A DNA stretch of 64,000 nt from Eledone cirrhosa (lineage: Eukaryota), in NCBI GenBank assembly GCA_964016885.1, contig OZ024743.1:66216001-66280000 (forward strand), in the 5' to 3' direction. A program made the position numbers and the translations under genes. Positions 1 through 11,665 of the stretch are shown here, in pieces. The notes beneath the pieces are model-generated. The model did no database searches. It saw only the letters and a list, made by a program, of their open reading frames with translations, and had not been told where the DNA came from. Position 1 is the stretch's first letter. Each line of letters opens with the position of its first letter.

Positions 1-210
1 TATAGTAAAAGTGACCTAATTAAGACATATTTTATATATATAAACAATGTTGTAATCTAGAGACATCGGATTGGTAGACTCATCAGAACGTCAGACTAAA
101 TGATTTGCAGTATATATTCCGGCGTTGTATACTTTGAGTTCAAATCAACTTTACTTTCCAACCTTTCGATGTTGTAGTTATTTTCTATAACTATATATAT
201 TAGATAGAGC

Positions 211-385
211 AGGGGCCCGACGGCTGGACTTTTGCCGTTTCAACAGCAAGTTCTAGACTGGAACTAGCTGTTGGAGCGGCAAGAGCTCAGCCGTCGCGCC
301 CCGACTCTTTCTAATATGGTCATACCAAGTATCGATAACTCTGTTGAATAATGGTCTAACTTGTTTAACACTGGTTTAATCCTGA
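211..385. mobile_element. Diverged copy of a ~190-bp asymmetric fold-back family (also at 15049, 29855, 48415)
   Basis: cccgacggctggacttttgccgtttcaacagc...gctgttggagcggcaagagctcagccgtcgcgccc is an imperfect palindrome similar to 15049-15163. Confidence 0.6.
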
Positions 386-410
386 TATATATATATATAT
401 ATATATATGT

Positions 411-899
411 ACATGATGATGGCTGCAACTCGATTTCGAGTAGTGCCATCGCTGGATACGTAAGCGTGAGCATCACGGACGAGGCTTTTTAGTCTTGCCA
501 GGGACTTGCCTAAGACCAGCAATACCATGCATCGCAAACAATGATCAATATCAAACAATACCTGTGCTTCAAGCTTTTTTTAAGTGAGGATAGGTTTGCA
601 CAGGGCCAATCCCACTCTAAACATCAAATCCATTTACCCCAAAAGAAGAACTGGTCTACATCATTAGATGCAAATAATGTCACAGGTTTTATATAAAAAA
701 ACTTTTATTGAATGGCCGTTGACTCTCCTGAGTTCCTCTGCCTTTTGACGGGTTTTGTTTTTCATCACGCAGGGTGTACAACATCACCCTCATCACAGGG
801 CAAGCTTGGTGGGTTTTCCGGTTTAGTCGCCGACGACCCGAACATGCACAAGTTGTACGTGGTTACATGTTACCAAGAGCGCTGAAGAGCGACCTGACA
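411..899 (-). mobile_element. Non-autonomous bipartite RTE-derived element, diverged relative of 3843-4445
   Basis: Reverse complement begins gtcaggtcgctcttcagcgctcttggtaacatgtaacc...gggtcgtcggcgactaaac and aligns by eye to 3843-3930; its 3' end matches ctcgaaaacgagttggcagccaccatg. Confidence 0.7.
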
Positions 900-963
900 C
901 ACACACACACATACAGAGACACACACACACACACTCGTAGATACACACACACACACACACACG

Positions 964-1060
<97 letters not shown>

Positions 1061-1404
1061 TGTGGTGATCAAAATCTATGAAATTCATTTAAATCGTATT
1101 TATTTAATGATAGTGAATGATATTAGAGATAATGTGAACTTGATGACAAGGTTCAAGTAGAATTACTATTTATCAATAACTAAGAACAGATCAACATAAC
1201 TTCCTGTTGACATAACATTTGCGTCATTAGCTTCAACCTTAGTATTTGAATATTTCCTATCACAGTACAATGATTAATAAATAAAAAAATATCAAAATCA
1301 AAAACAAAGAAATGTAAAAATGCCTGAGTCTCTGTTGGAACAGTGGCACACACACATGCATAAATATATATATATATATATATACGCTTTCTAAATAATA
1401 TATA

Positions 1405-1860
1405 TATATTTAAATAGAAAGTTAACAAGACAATATATAACTACTCCATTTCTAAAGGTTTCATTCTAAAAAATTCTAAAGTCAGTCTTAAGCCAGAAGG
1501 CTCATTTGGCCAGTGCTTATCCCGGTTTCATGGCGTGACGCGACTGAGAGTACAATACACCTCCCTGGACAAGACGCCAGTCCATCGCAGGGTTAAACCT
1601 CATTTTCAGCTGAGTATACTGGAGCAACGTGAAATGAAGTGTTTTGCTCAAGAACGCAACACACAGCCGTGGAATCGAACCCACAACATTATGATCGTAA
1701 GTCCAACACTCTTACCACTAGGCCACGTGCCTCCACAAGGTTTCAGGACCCTAGACAATATTAACATACGTCTAGTTCGCTCATCAGAAAGAGGGGTCAA
1801 CCTGAAACCTTTGGCAATGGAGTAGTTACATATTGTGTTGTTCACTTTCTAATTAAATAG
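1405..1860. mobile_element. PLE-type fold-back remnant with degenerate hammerhead, interrupted by a SINE
   Basis: 1425-1462 (actactccatttctaaaggtttca) is the inverted copy of 1801-1845 (cctgaaacctttggcaatggagtagt); minus strand 1738-1790 reads CTGATGA-gcgaactagac...gtctag-ggtcct-GAAA. Confidence 0.5.
1475..1737 (-). mobile_element. tRNA-derived SINE, family B (V-SINE-like body)
   Basis: Minus strand: gtggcctagtggtaag (A box), gggttcgattcc (B box), gttcttgagcaaaacacttcatttcacgttgctccag, cctgcgatggactggcgtc; copies at 46631 and 61955. Confidence 0.85.
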
Positions 1861-1920
1861 CTCTGTTTTATACATAGAGCACTCTTTTTTCTTCTGCTTT
1901 TTCTTCGTAAATACTTAACG

Positions 1921-1974
<54 letters not shown>

Positions 1975-2190
1975 TTTAGTACAGCATTAACGAAGCTTAA
2001 GGCTGCGGCTAAGCTAACGAATGCAAATTCGGAATGTAGCTTTAGCACTCGATGGAGAATAATACCCCAGAGTAATAGCAATACGTTTAGACAGCTTTGC
2101 AAATCAAATATAGCGATCGGCAGTCCAGCCGCATTGCCATAGCAACGAAAAAGACTGGACTCAGGAAAAGATTTTATATATATATATATA

Positions 2191-3064
2191 CGAGGTGTGT
2201 CAGAAAAGTTCCAAGACTGATGTCACAAAAGATTTAGTTCAAACCCAAACTTCACACTAAGAGTTTTCTCCTTCAAAGTAATCCCCCTGGAGTATGTAAC
2301 TGTAATCTTAGCTCTCTGCAGCGAGATCAAACTTTTTTCTTCATAATTTTATATACATGTCCTCTGTTTCAGGTCGTCAAGCAATGAGCACAGAGCAACG
2401 AACTAACTTGAAAACTCCGTCAGAAACACTGGAATTGCTGCAGCAAGTGTATGGAGATGAGATGATGTCATGCTCACGTGGTGCAAGAGGTTTAAAGAAG
2501 GACGCGAGGACGTGGAAGATGATCCCAGGAGCGGAAGGACCTCAACAACCAGGACTGAGGTCAACGTTGAGCGCGTCAGGCAGATGGTGCGTAGCGATCG
2601 TCGGCTGACTGTTCGACTGATGGCAAATGATCCGGTCATGAATCGGGACAGCGTCTGGAAGATTCTCACTGAAGATTTGGATATGCGGAAAGTCTGCGAG
2701 AAGATGGTGCCAAAACTGCTGAACGATAACCAGAAGGGTCGACGCATGCAAGTGTTCCAGGACATCCTCGAGCGTCTTGAAACCGAACCAGACTTGCCAA
2801 GGACAGCCATCACCGGTGATGAGTCATGGATCTTCAAGTACGACCCGGAAGGGACCCGTTTTGAAGACGTGGACGACATCAAAAAGGCGGTGACGACGGA
2901 ACTGCGGACGATCCCGGAAGAATCCTCCCAGGAGTGCATGCAAGCGTGGCAGAAAAGGATGCAAAAGTGCATTAGACTCCAGCGGGATTACTTTGAAGGA
3001 GAAAACTCTTGGTTTGAAATAAATCTTTTGTGACATCAATCCTGGAACTTTTCTGACCCACCTC

Positions 3065-3065
<1 letters not shown>
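2191..3065 (+). mobile_element. Mariner DNA transposon, internally deleted
   Basis: TIRs cgaggtgtgtcagaaaagttccaagactgatgtcacaaaagattta / taaatcttttgtgacatcaatcctggaacttttctgacccacctcg, TA on both flanks, transposase motifs inside. Confidence 0.93.
2384..3033 (+). pseudogene. Mariner transposase, frameshifted, catalytic region deleted
   Basis: FKEGREDVEDDPRSGR, VPKLL and ITGDESWIFKYDPE fused directly to GTRFEDVDDIKKAV...WQKRMQKCI; second and third catalytic Asp absent. Confidence 0.88.
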
Positions 3066-3122
<57 letters not shown>

Positions 3123-3275
3123 TATATTATAGAATACTGTTAGCTTCTCGCTAAAACCATTTCTACACCTTTCATTTATATATATATATATCACGGCTCT
3201 GTCCTCAGACATCGAGCTAACCTTATACTGCCTGCTGGATAAGTGGAGTGTTATACACCCCTGATCCTCTCCCTA

Positions 3276-3318
<43 letters not shown>

Positions 3319-3524
3319 GTATACATTAGCACATCTTGCTAGTATTATGTGCTAATATTGAAGTCGAAACGCGTGTAGACATTAACAAAATCATGTGAAG
3401 TATATGTTTGGTTGTCAATTGAATTAAAGGATTCTATAGTCTGTATTCTTCAATAAGGGGTTAATATATTGCCCTTCTTGGGTTTTGACAATAAACTGAT
3501 ATTACACCCAATTTATTCGTCTCC

Positions 3525-3556
<32 letters not shown>

Positions 3557-3593
3557 TGTATGTATGTATGTATGTATGTATGTATGTATGTAT

Positions 3594-5018
3594 GTTGCTT
3601 TATATCTGGAGATCTCTCTGCACTTGTCCTCACATGGTACCATGGGCCCAGCACTATGTGTCAATAATTGTCACAAGTGTAGTGTTTGTACCAGAGTTTT
3701 CAAGTCGCTGGCTGGACTAAAATGTCACACTCGTTCAGCTCTTCGGTAGGGGTTCTCCTACATGGATATAAAGTAGTGGCCGTACTCGAAAACGAGTTGG
3801 CAGCCACCATGTATGTATGTATGTATGTATGTATGTATGTATGTCAGGTCACCAGTTGGTGCTACTGGTAACATGTATCCCAGTACAAACTGTCTCATGG
3901 TCGGGTCGTTGGCGACTAAACTGGCAACCCCACCAAGGTTTCTTGGTGAGGAGAGTGACTTTGGACATCCTGCAGGACTAAAAACAAAACCTGTCAAAGG
4001 AGCTCTTAAGAATCAATGGCTATCCAAAATCACCGGGAGAGATGACCCCTTAGCCTTTGTCAAGGCAGAATTCTAGGAGAAGGAAAACTCTGATATAACA
4101 CCTGCAACTCTGATGGTATCCAATGATGTTGACTTGTTCTTCTTTTTGGTAAATATCATCTTGGTTAAGAGAGTGGGACTGGCTTTGTGCAGTGCCTTTG
4201 CTCACTATAAAAGCTTCACGGCACAGGCATTGCTTTGTATCTGGAGATCTCTCTGCACTTGTCGTCACATGGTACCATGGGCCCAGCACTATGTGTCAAT
4301 AATTGTCACAAATGTAGTGTTTGTACCAGAGTTTTCAAGTCACTGGCTGGACTAAAAAGTCACACTCGTTCAGCGCATCGGTAGGAGTTCTCCGACATGG
4401 ATATAAAGTAGTGGCCGTACTCGAAAACGAGTTGGCAGCCACCATGTATGTATGTATGTATGTATGTATGTATGTATGTATGTATGTATGTATGTATGTA
4501 TGTATGTATGTATGTATGTATGCATGTATGTACGTATGTATGTATGTTTGTATGCATGTATGTATGTATGTACGTATGTATGTATGTATGTATGTATGTA
4601 TGTATGTATGTATGTATGTATGCATGCATGTTAGTCGAGGCAGAATTCTAGGAGAAGGAAAACTCTAATATAACACCTGCAACTGTGATGGTATCCAACG
4701 ATGTTGACTTGTTCTTTTTGGTAAATATCATCTTGGTTAAGAGAGTGGGACTGGCTTTGTGCAGTGCCTTTGCTCACTATAAAAGCTTCACGGTACAGGC
4801 ATTGCTTTATATCTGGAGATATCTCTGCACTTGTCGTCACATGGTACCATGGGCCCAGCACTATGTGTCAATAATTGTCACAATGGTAGTGTTTGTACCA
4901 GAGTTTTCACATCGCTGGCTGGACTAAAAAGTCACACTCGTTCAGCGCATCGGTAGGGGTTCTCCTACATGGATATAAAGCAGTGACCGTACTCGAAAAC
5001 GAGTTGGCAGCCACCATG
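3594..5018 (+). mobile_element. Head-to-tail array of three bipartite RTE-derived elements (3594-3811, 3843-4445, 4637-5018) separated by (TATG)n tails
   Basis: Near-identical units containing an RTE 5'UTR-like motif (ctaggagaaggaaaactctg), a C-terminal zinc-finger remnant (CHKCSVCTRVFKSLAGLKSHTRSAHR*) and a (tgta)n tail. Confidence 0.8.
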
Positions 5019-5239
5019 TATGGATGTATGTAGAGGCAAACGAAGTCACAGGACAAAAAGTGACAAAGGGCGGAATAACTCACGAGTCAACGGCCACACA
5101 CAAATGTGTAAATATGTATATACACATGTATATATGTGTATATGTATATATGCATATACATGTATGCATGTGTATGTATATGCGCGGGGACATAGAAATA
5201 ATCAGGCTGGATACCCGATCGCGCGGTTAACCGACTGGG

Positions 5240-5530
5240 AGTGAAGGACCCCTAGCCTTTGTCAGGGCAATCTTCTAGGAAAATGCAACTCAGGAAACTG
5301 GGATAACTCCCACATAAAACCTGCGGCTCAGTAGTTATCGATGATTTTGATCTTTTCTTCTTTTCGGGTTATAGCTACTGTCACCCAGAGAGTGGGATTG
5401 GCTCAGTGCACAGTCTTTTCTCACTTTAAAAAGATCTCCACGCACAGGCATTGCACGATAGCATTAATCAATAATTATTAATAATGTTATATCGTTCAAT
5501 GGCCATACTCGATAACGAGGAGGTGGCTAT

Positions 5531-5535
<5 letters not shown>
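5240..5535 (+). mobile_element. Diverged relative of the same RTE-derived element
   Basis: gacccctagcctttgtcagggcaatcttctagga, gagagtgggattggctcagtg and ggccatactcgataacgag match the 4040-4440 unit. Confidence 0.6.
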
Positions 5536-5570
<35 letters not shown>

Positions 5571-5573
<3 letters not shown>

Positions 5574-5945
5574 ATAATAAATGTGAAGACTAAAATACGA
5601 AGAGGGCTCGATAAGGATTATATATGTATATATGTATATATGTATATAAGATTAAAGTTTAAGAAAATAATCTCTGCTTTCACCCTTAACGGGATCTTCT
5701 GAAACTAACAAAGTCAATCTGTAAACGCAGAAGTGAATATTTCAAAAAACGTTGTAACCGGAGGAAGACAGGAAGACGATACTTTGGTTCGTGGAAACGT
5801 TCCCTGGCAAAGAACGGGAAAAAACGAATATAATACGTCATTATTTGGAGCGGTGAAAAACAATTACACGCAAAGACAGAACCACGTCTATGGTATAAAA
5901 GAAGTCGTAGACTAATATTCTCTTAGGTGGTTCATAGAGACGTTC
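5571..5945 (-). mobile_element. Repeat 'X', putative PLE terminal repeat (other copies 8902-9086, 11075-11235, inverted at 16580-16680)
   Basis: gaagactaaaat.c.aagagggctcgataagga and ctgctttcacccttaacgggatcttctgaaactaacaaagtcaatctgtaaacgcagaagtg recur; each copy abuts (TA)n. Confidence 0.6.
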
Positions 5946-5949
5946 TCTG

Positions 5950-7345
5950 GCACGCCCTTTGCCTATTCGACTCCTTCACCTTCCCACCCGACCCATAGCC
6001 CTTCCTTTTCACCCTAGATATCAAGTCGCTCTATACAGTCATCCCCCACGCCGACGCCTACGTGCCCTCAGGCACTACCTCGAACTTCGCCCCTCCCCAT
6101 CCCCTCCACACTCACCCTCCTTCGCCTCGCCGAGCTGGTCCTCACCCTCAACTGTTTCTCCTTCTCGGGAGTTTTACCAACAGGTCACGGGGGTAGCCAT
6201 GGGCACAAGAATGGGCCCAAACTATGCCAACCTTTTTGTTGGCCATGTTGAGGCCCAAATCTTTGCCCAGTACACCGGCCCCACACCCGAACTGTACGGT
6301 CGTTACATTGACGACTGTATCGGAGCCACGACCCTCACCCGAGAACAGCTCGACTCCTTTCTCTCCTTCTTCTGCTCCTTCCACCCCTCCCTCAACTTCA
6401 CCACCTCTATCTCCACCACCCTCGTCCACTTCTTAGACATCTCCGTCGCCTTCGACTCCTCCCACCACTCCCTCGTCACCTCCGCCTTCTTCAAACCCAC
6501 CGACTCCCACTCCTACCTCGACTTCACCTCTTCCCACCCAACACACACTAAACACTCTATTCCTTACTACCAACTCCTCAGGATCCGCAGCCTCTGTAGC
6601 CGAGATGCTGACTTTGAGTCCCAGGCCCTTTCCCTAATCAGCCATTTCATCCAGAGATGTTACCCCCCTCTCGTCCACACCGCTCTCACTCGCGCCCGTG
6701 CTGTCCACCGCTCCACCACCCTCACCCCACTCCACCGCACACCCACTCACCGTCTCCCCTTTCCCATCACTTATCACCCCTCCACCCTACCCCTCCACCG
6801 CACCATCCTCCGCCTCTCCGACGCCTCCAATCCGACCCCTCCACCTCCCACTTCTTCCCAGCCCCACCACTCCCCTCCTTCAAACGCGCACGCAATCTCC
6901 GCACCCTCCTCGCCCGCAGCTCCCCCCCGATTCCCTTCCCTGTTCCAGGCCTCGGTGCAACACCTGTCCCCACATCACGAACACCACCACCTTCCAGGGT
7001 CCCAACGGCCACTCTCTCTCTGTCCGGTATACCTTACGCTACATCTCCTCCAACCTAGTCTATGGACTTCGCTGCATGGAGTGCAGCGCAACCTACTTCG
7101 GACAGACTGGACGTCGCCTGGCGGACCCTTTTACCGAACACCTCTGGGATATTCGTCTCGGCGGTAGTTCCCCCATCGCCCGCCACTTTGGCTCCCCTGG
7201 ACATTCCGCGCCCCACCTCACAGTCTGTGGCCTACTCCAATGCCACGGAACACCCGCCACCCTCCTCAGGGTTGAACAACGCACCATCTTCACCCTACAG
7301 ACCCACACTTACCCCGGCCTGAACTCCCCACCCCTATTCCTTTAG
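5950..7345 (+). pseudogene. PLE RT + GIY-YIG endonuclease ORF, frameshifted
   Basis: ORFs 5959-7167, 6657-7058 and 6698-7345 carry successive motifs in different frames. Confidence 0.9.
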
Positions 7346-8757
7346 CCTTCGTCCCCCTCCCCTCCCCCTCCCACCACCACCACACACACACACATATCCC
7401 CCACTAACACCACTAACATACTCCTTCTTTTCACCGCCCACCTCACAACTAACAATACTAACACCCCCACTCCACACCCGAACACCCTTCCCCAACTAAC
7501 AATACTAACATCCTTCCTTTCTTCTCCCCCCTCCCCTTATCACGCACACACCCACCGGTACATATATACACACAGTCACACTAACCACACACCCTACTAC
7601 CACCACTACCCCCCCCCCCCCCCCCACACATCCACTCCCACCCCACCCCCACAACTAATACCACTAACACCCCCCCCCCCGACCCCACGCACACGAACAC
7701 ACACCACACTCACTTACACCACCCACTCTACACATCCTACCACCACTAACCCCCACTTACACCCGCATTAAACCCTTTCCCCACCACCAGTATACTAACA
7801 CTCACTAACACCCCCTTCACCACACACACCAGTACACTACACTCCCTCCACCGGCTCCACACTTTTCTCTATCCCTCCCTCTCCTCGCTCCAACCACACT
7901 CCTTCTCACACCACACATCCCACTAACACCTCTACTAATACACGCACCCTCCCACTCCACCTTTCACACCTACCCATCCTCTCCCCTGTCTAGCGCACCT
8001 CCGCACACACTGACACACCGACTTTCTCCACCTGCCATTCTCCCCAACTGCTCCTATGCCCTGAATCTCTGACCACCTCTCCGCACACACACAGACACAC
8101 AACCCTCCTCCTGCCTTGACCCTCTGACCACTTCCTGTTGCGCGCGCACCCCACATCTCCCCTCTTCCGACCAACCCAACCACGGATTACACACATTGGA
8201 CATCGCCCCCACGAATCAACTCCATCACAAGGAAATTATCCGGCATTCCACCACCTCCTCTACGGAACTACCTTAGGAAATTACCCACGGACATACACTC
8301 AAAAAATGTTTTTTTCCCACATGCCACCTACATCCACAATACGTATAAACACCACACACACGTGCGTACCACCATATATTTACACACTCAGCCTCCGGAA
8401 TCCTCTCCCTCACCCCTCTGACCCCTCCCCATCCACATACACACACACACACCGACCTACACCCAACCCCACACACACCTTTTCCTGAACATGCAACTCT
8501 GTTCTTCCCCCAACTCTCACATTCACATACACATACACACACACACCATCAGCCCTCCCCGCTCGGACAACCCGCCTCCCTCTCCCCCTCCTACACGCCC
8601 CACATCCTTCCACCACTTGTTTAACTTCATGTTTATTTTTATTTTTATTATGCTTTTATATTTATTTTCATTTGTACCGTTTCCTCTCAGCCCCTTTTTT
8701 CTAAATGTCTCTTCCCCACTCACCTACACACCCTTGGAACTCTCTTCCCACACACTT

Positions 8758-8795
8758 TTCGCCTGAAGAAGGGCTTATGCCCGAAACGTCGTTCC
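8758..8795 (+). ncRNA. Minimal hammerhead ribozyme motif in PLE terminal repeat
   Basis: CTGAAGA-a-gggc-ttat-gccc-GAAA-cg-TC; palindromic acgt stem III; stem I poorly paired. Confidence 0.7.
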
Positions 8796-9086
8796 CCTCC
8801 ACCACCCCACTCTCAAGAGCGTGAAACTAATAAAACTTTGTTCGTACTGCCTCTCTGTTTTGTTCCCGTTCAATTTTTCACTATATATATATATATATAT
8901 AGTAATAATAATAAATTTGAAGACTAAAATCCAAAGAGGGCTCGATAAGGATAAATATATATCAAATATATAAGAACCGTAGAGCAAATATTTATTGAAA
9001 TAACAAAGAATCGCTGCTTTCACCCTTAACGGGATCTTCTGAAACTAACAAAGTCAATCTGTAAACGCAGAAGTGTATATTTCAAA

Positions 9087-10175
9087 ATGTGGGAGGGGAG
9101 GGTGGTGACGAGGGGGGCGAGGATGGAGTCAAGAAAGACGGAGATGAGGTCGGTGGGGCAGTTGCAAGCGGAGACGATGGGGCTCCGGGGTTGTCGGGTT
9201 TGTGGAGTTTGGGTAGGAAGTAGATAGTTGGGGTGCGGGGGGTGCGGACGATGAGGTGGGAAGCGTGAGGAGGGAGACAAGGTGTTGGATGGTGGAGGAA
9301 ACTTGTTGGTAGAGGGGTGTGGGATCGGAGGGTAGAGGGCGGTAGAAGAGGGATTACGGAGCTGCCTGAGGGCTTCAGCCGTGTAGAGGTCAGCGCACCA
9401 CACCACCACGGCGCCTCCCTTGTCCGCCGGTTTGATGACGATGTCATCTCGGCTACGGTGGGAGCGGAGAGCGAGGAGTTCGCCCCGTGAGATGTTATTC
9501 TGTTGGGATCGGTGGCAGAAGTCGAAGCGATTTACTGCGCTACGGCTGGCATCGACGAACGCGTCCAGGGTGCTAAATTGCCCTTGGGCCGGCATCCAAG
9601 ACGACGGTCGTCGGCCCAGGGCGAGAAACGGGTCTGGGGCGTTCGGAGCCGGTCGCGTTTGACCGAAATGTGCCTGTAGCTTCGTGCGTCGCACGAATCG
9701 CTCGACTTCCGTTCGGGTGCGGAACTCGTCGCTGTGCGGAGTGTGGGGTATGAAGCGAAAGCCTCTACTGAGGAGTGAGCGCACAGGTGTGGAGAGGGGG
9801 AGGTCAGGGGGTATGGTGACAACAGGTTGTGGGGTTTGGGTGTGTGAGGGAAGAGGGGAGGGTTGGTGAGGGGTGAGGTGGAGCGTGGAGATTGGGTAGG
9901 GGTGTGGGGTGAGGGAGTGGTGGAGAGTGGTGGGGAGGCGTAGGATGGGTGTAGGTTGGTCATAGGGATGGGCGGAGGGTGGTCGGGCTGAGTGAGTGTA
10001 GCTTAAGGGCTTTGGTGGAGGTGAGGAAGGACAATAGGTCGTGGTTGAGGTTTTGGATGAAGAGGAGGATGACGTGGGCGTGGAGGGGGTGGCAGGCGGA
10101 GTTAAGGCGGAGGAGGGTGGGGGTCAGTTGGTAGTCAAGTTTGCAGATGGTAGAGCGGGAGGCGCGGAGGGAGAG
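9087..10175 (-). mobile_element. Penelope-like element, N-terminal half (continuation is at 5950 on the + strand)
   Basis: SLLSRGFRFIP, DDIVIKPADKGGAVVVW, PRTPTIYFLPKLHKPDNPG, PIVSACNCPTDLISVFLDSILAPLVTTLPSHI. Confidence 0.9.
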
Positions 10176-11341
10176 TTGACGGATCCAGCATATTTATCAA
10201 TGCCAGGACCGGTTGTATCTCAGCGTACTCAATAGGTAATGTAGGATACATTCCCAGAGTATACACATAGTTATTCGCTTCAATACATCACACGTAAAAC
10301 GGGTGCCTATAATAGTTCCCGGACTCGAGTTTGGGCTTAGAGCAGCAGCAGGGTGCACTGCACCCTCTGTCTGCATATATTATGCAACAATGCATAATCG
10401 GCGTATGTGGCTTCATCAGCGGGTATCGCCTAATCAATAACCAATCGATCGACAGAATCCAAACCCCACCCCATGCCGGCTATGACTGTTTGTGACGGCC
10501 GACACAGTAAAGTGATTAGCAACTGGAATGTGATACAATTCTGTCCACCGACCAGCCACCGATTTACAAACTTTACGCGGTGGCGGGAATATAGAAAACA
10601 AATATATTCGTTCCCGTCAAAAGACCTCAGCCAACGTGTCTCAAACACAAATTAATAAGCAATGAAAAGATGGTTATTAGAAAGAGCAAGCCCACATCGA
10701 TGTATAATAGAGTGGTAGCATTCGGCTCATGTCTCCAAGTCCAATGGCTAGAGGAAGGCGATAGTAACAATGGTAGTGCCAAGAACCTTTAACGGACATG
10801 AAATGCCAGTATCTATTATACTGCGATATATAGTAGCGGGCTGGATTGCGGCAGCCACGTGCGTAAACCAGTCTATTTCATAACTTAAAAGAGTGAGAGA
10901 TAAAATTAATAGCAGGAATTAGAGCGCATATCAAAACAAAACACAATAAAAAAAGTGAAAAATTGTTTAACTTACTCTCATTAGTCCGCTAGTTGGGAGA
11001 TAATAATAATAATGAGTTGACGGAACCAGCATATTTATCAGTGGCAGGACCGGTTGTATATACATATATATATACAAAACCCGGAGAGCAAATATTTATT
11101 ATATGTACAGATTAAAGTTTAAGCAAAGAATCGGTGCTTTCACCCTTTTACGGTATCTTCTAAAACTGAGAAAAATCAATCTGTAGACGCAGAAGTAAAT
11201 ATTAAAAAAAAATGTTACAACCGAAGGAACAGACATTTCTTTGATTTTGTCTTTGATATTTTTTGTTTTATTATTCATTGTAATGTGATAGGAAATATTC
11301 AGACGTTCTAAGATTAAGGCTAATGAAGAGCGACCTGACAT

Positions 11342-11444
<103 letters not shown>

Positions 11445-11627
11445 GTTGCTCTTCATTAGCCTTAATCTTAGAACGTCTGAATATTTCCTATCACATTACA
11501 ATGAATAATAAAACAAAAAATATCAAAGACAAAATCAAAGAAATGTCTGTTCCTTCGGTTGTAACATTTTTTTAAAATATCATCCCACCCTTGCAAACAG
11601 GGAAAAGCGGACGTAAAATGATAATGA

Positions 11628-11660
<33 letters not shown>

Positions 11661-11665
<5 letters not shown>

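Larger units (their letters stand above)
5950..8881 (+). mobile_element. Penelope-like element, C-terminal half (RT core, GIY-YIG, long C/A-rich 3'UTR, hammerhead)
   Basis: FTLDIKSLYTVIP, YQQVTGVAMGTRMGPNYANLFVG, YGRYIDDCIG, FLDISV, KPTDSHSYL; CSRPRCNTC, NLVYGLRCMECSATYFGQTGRRLADPFTEH. Confidence 0.93.

Noticed and set aside
1640-1737. tRNA genes suggested by A/B boxes (also 46631, 61955)
   Set aside because: No complete cloverleaf; these are tRNA-derived SINE heads
1975-2170. Complex segment resembling a conserved element or exon
   Set aside because: A diverged copy lies at about 40040-40220, so it is an old interspersed repeat
3843-3935. Possible HDV-like ribozyme at the 5' end of the RTE-derived element (ggtcgct/ggcgact could form P1 with a G.U pair)
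   Set aside because: No credible P3/L3 or P1.1 could be assigned
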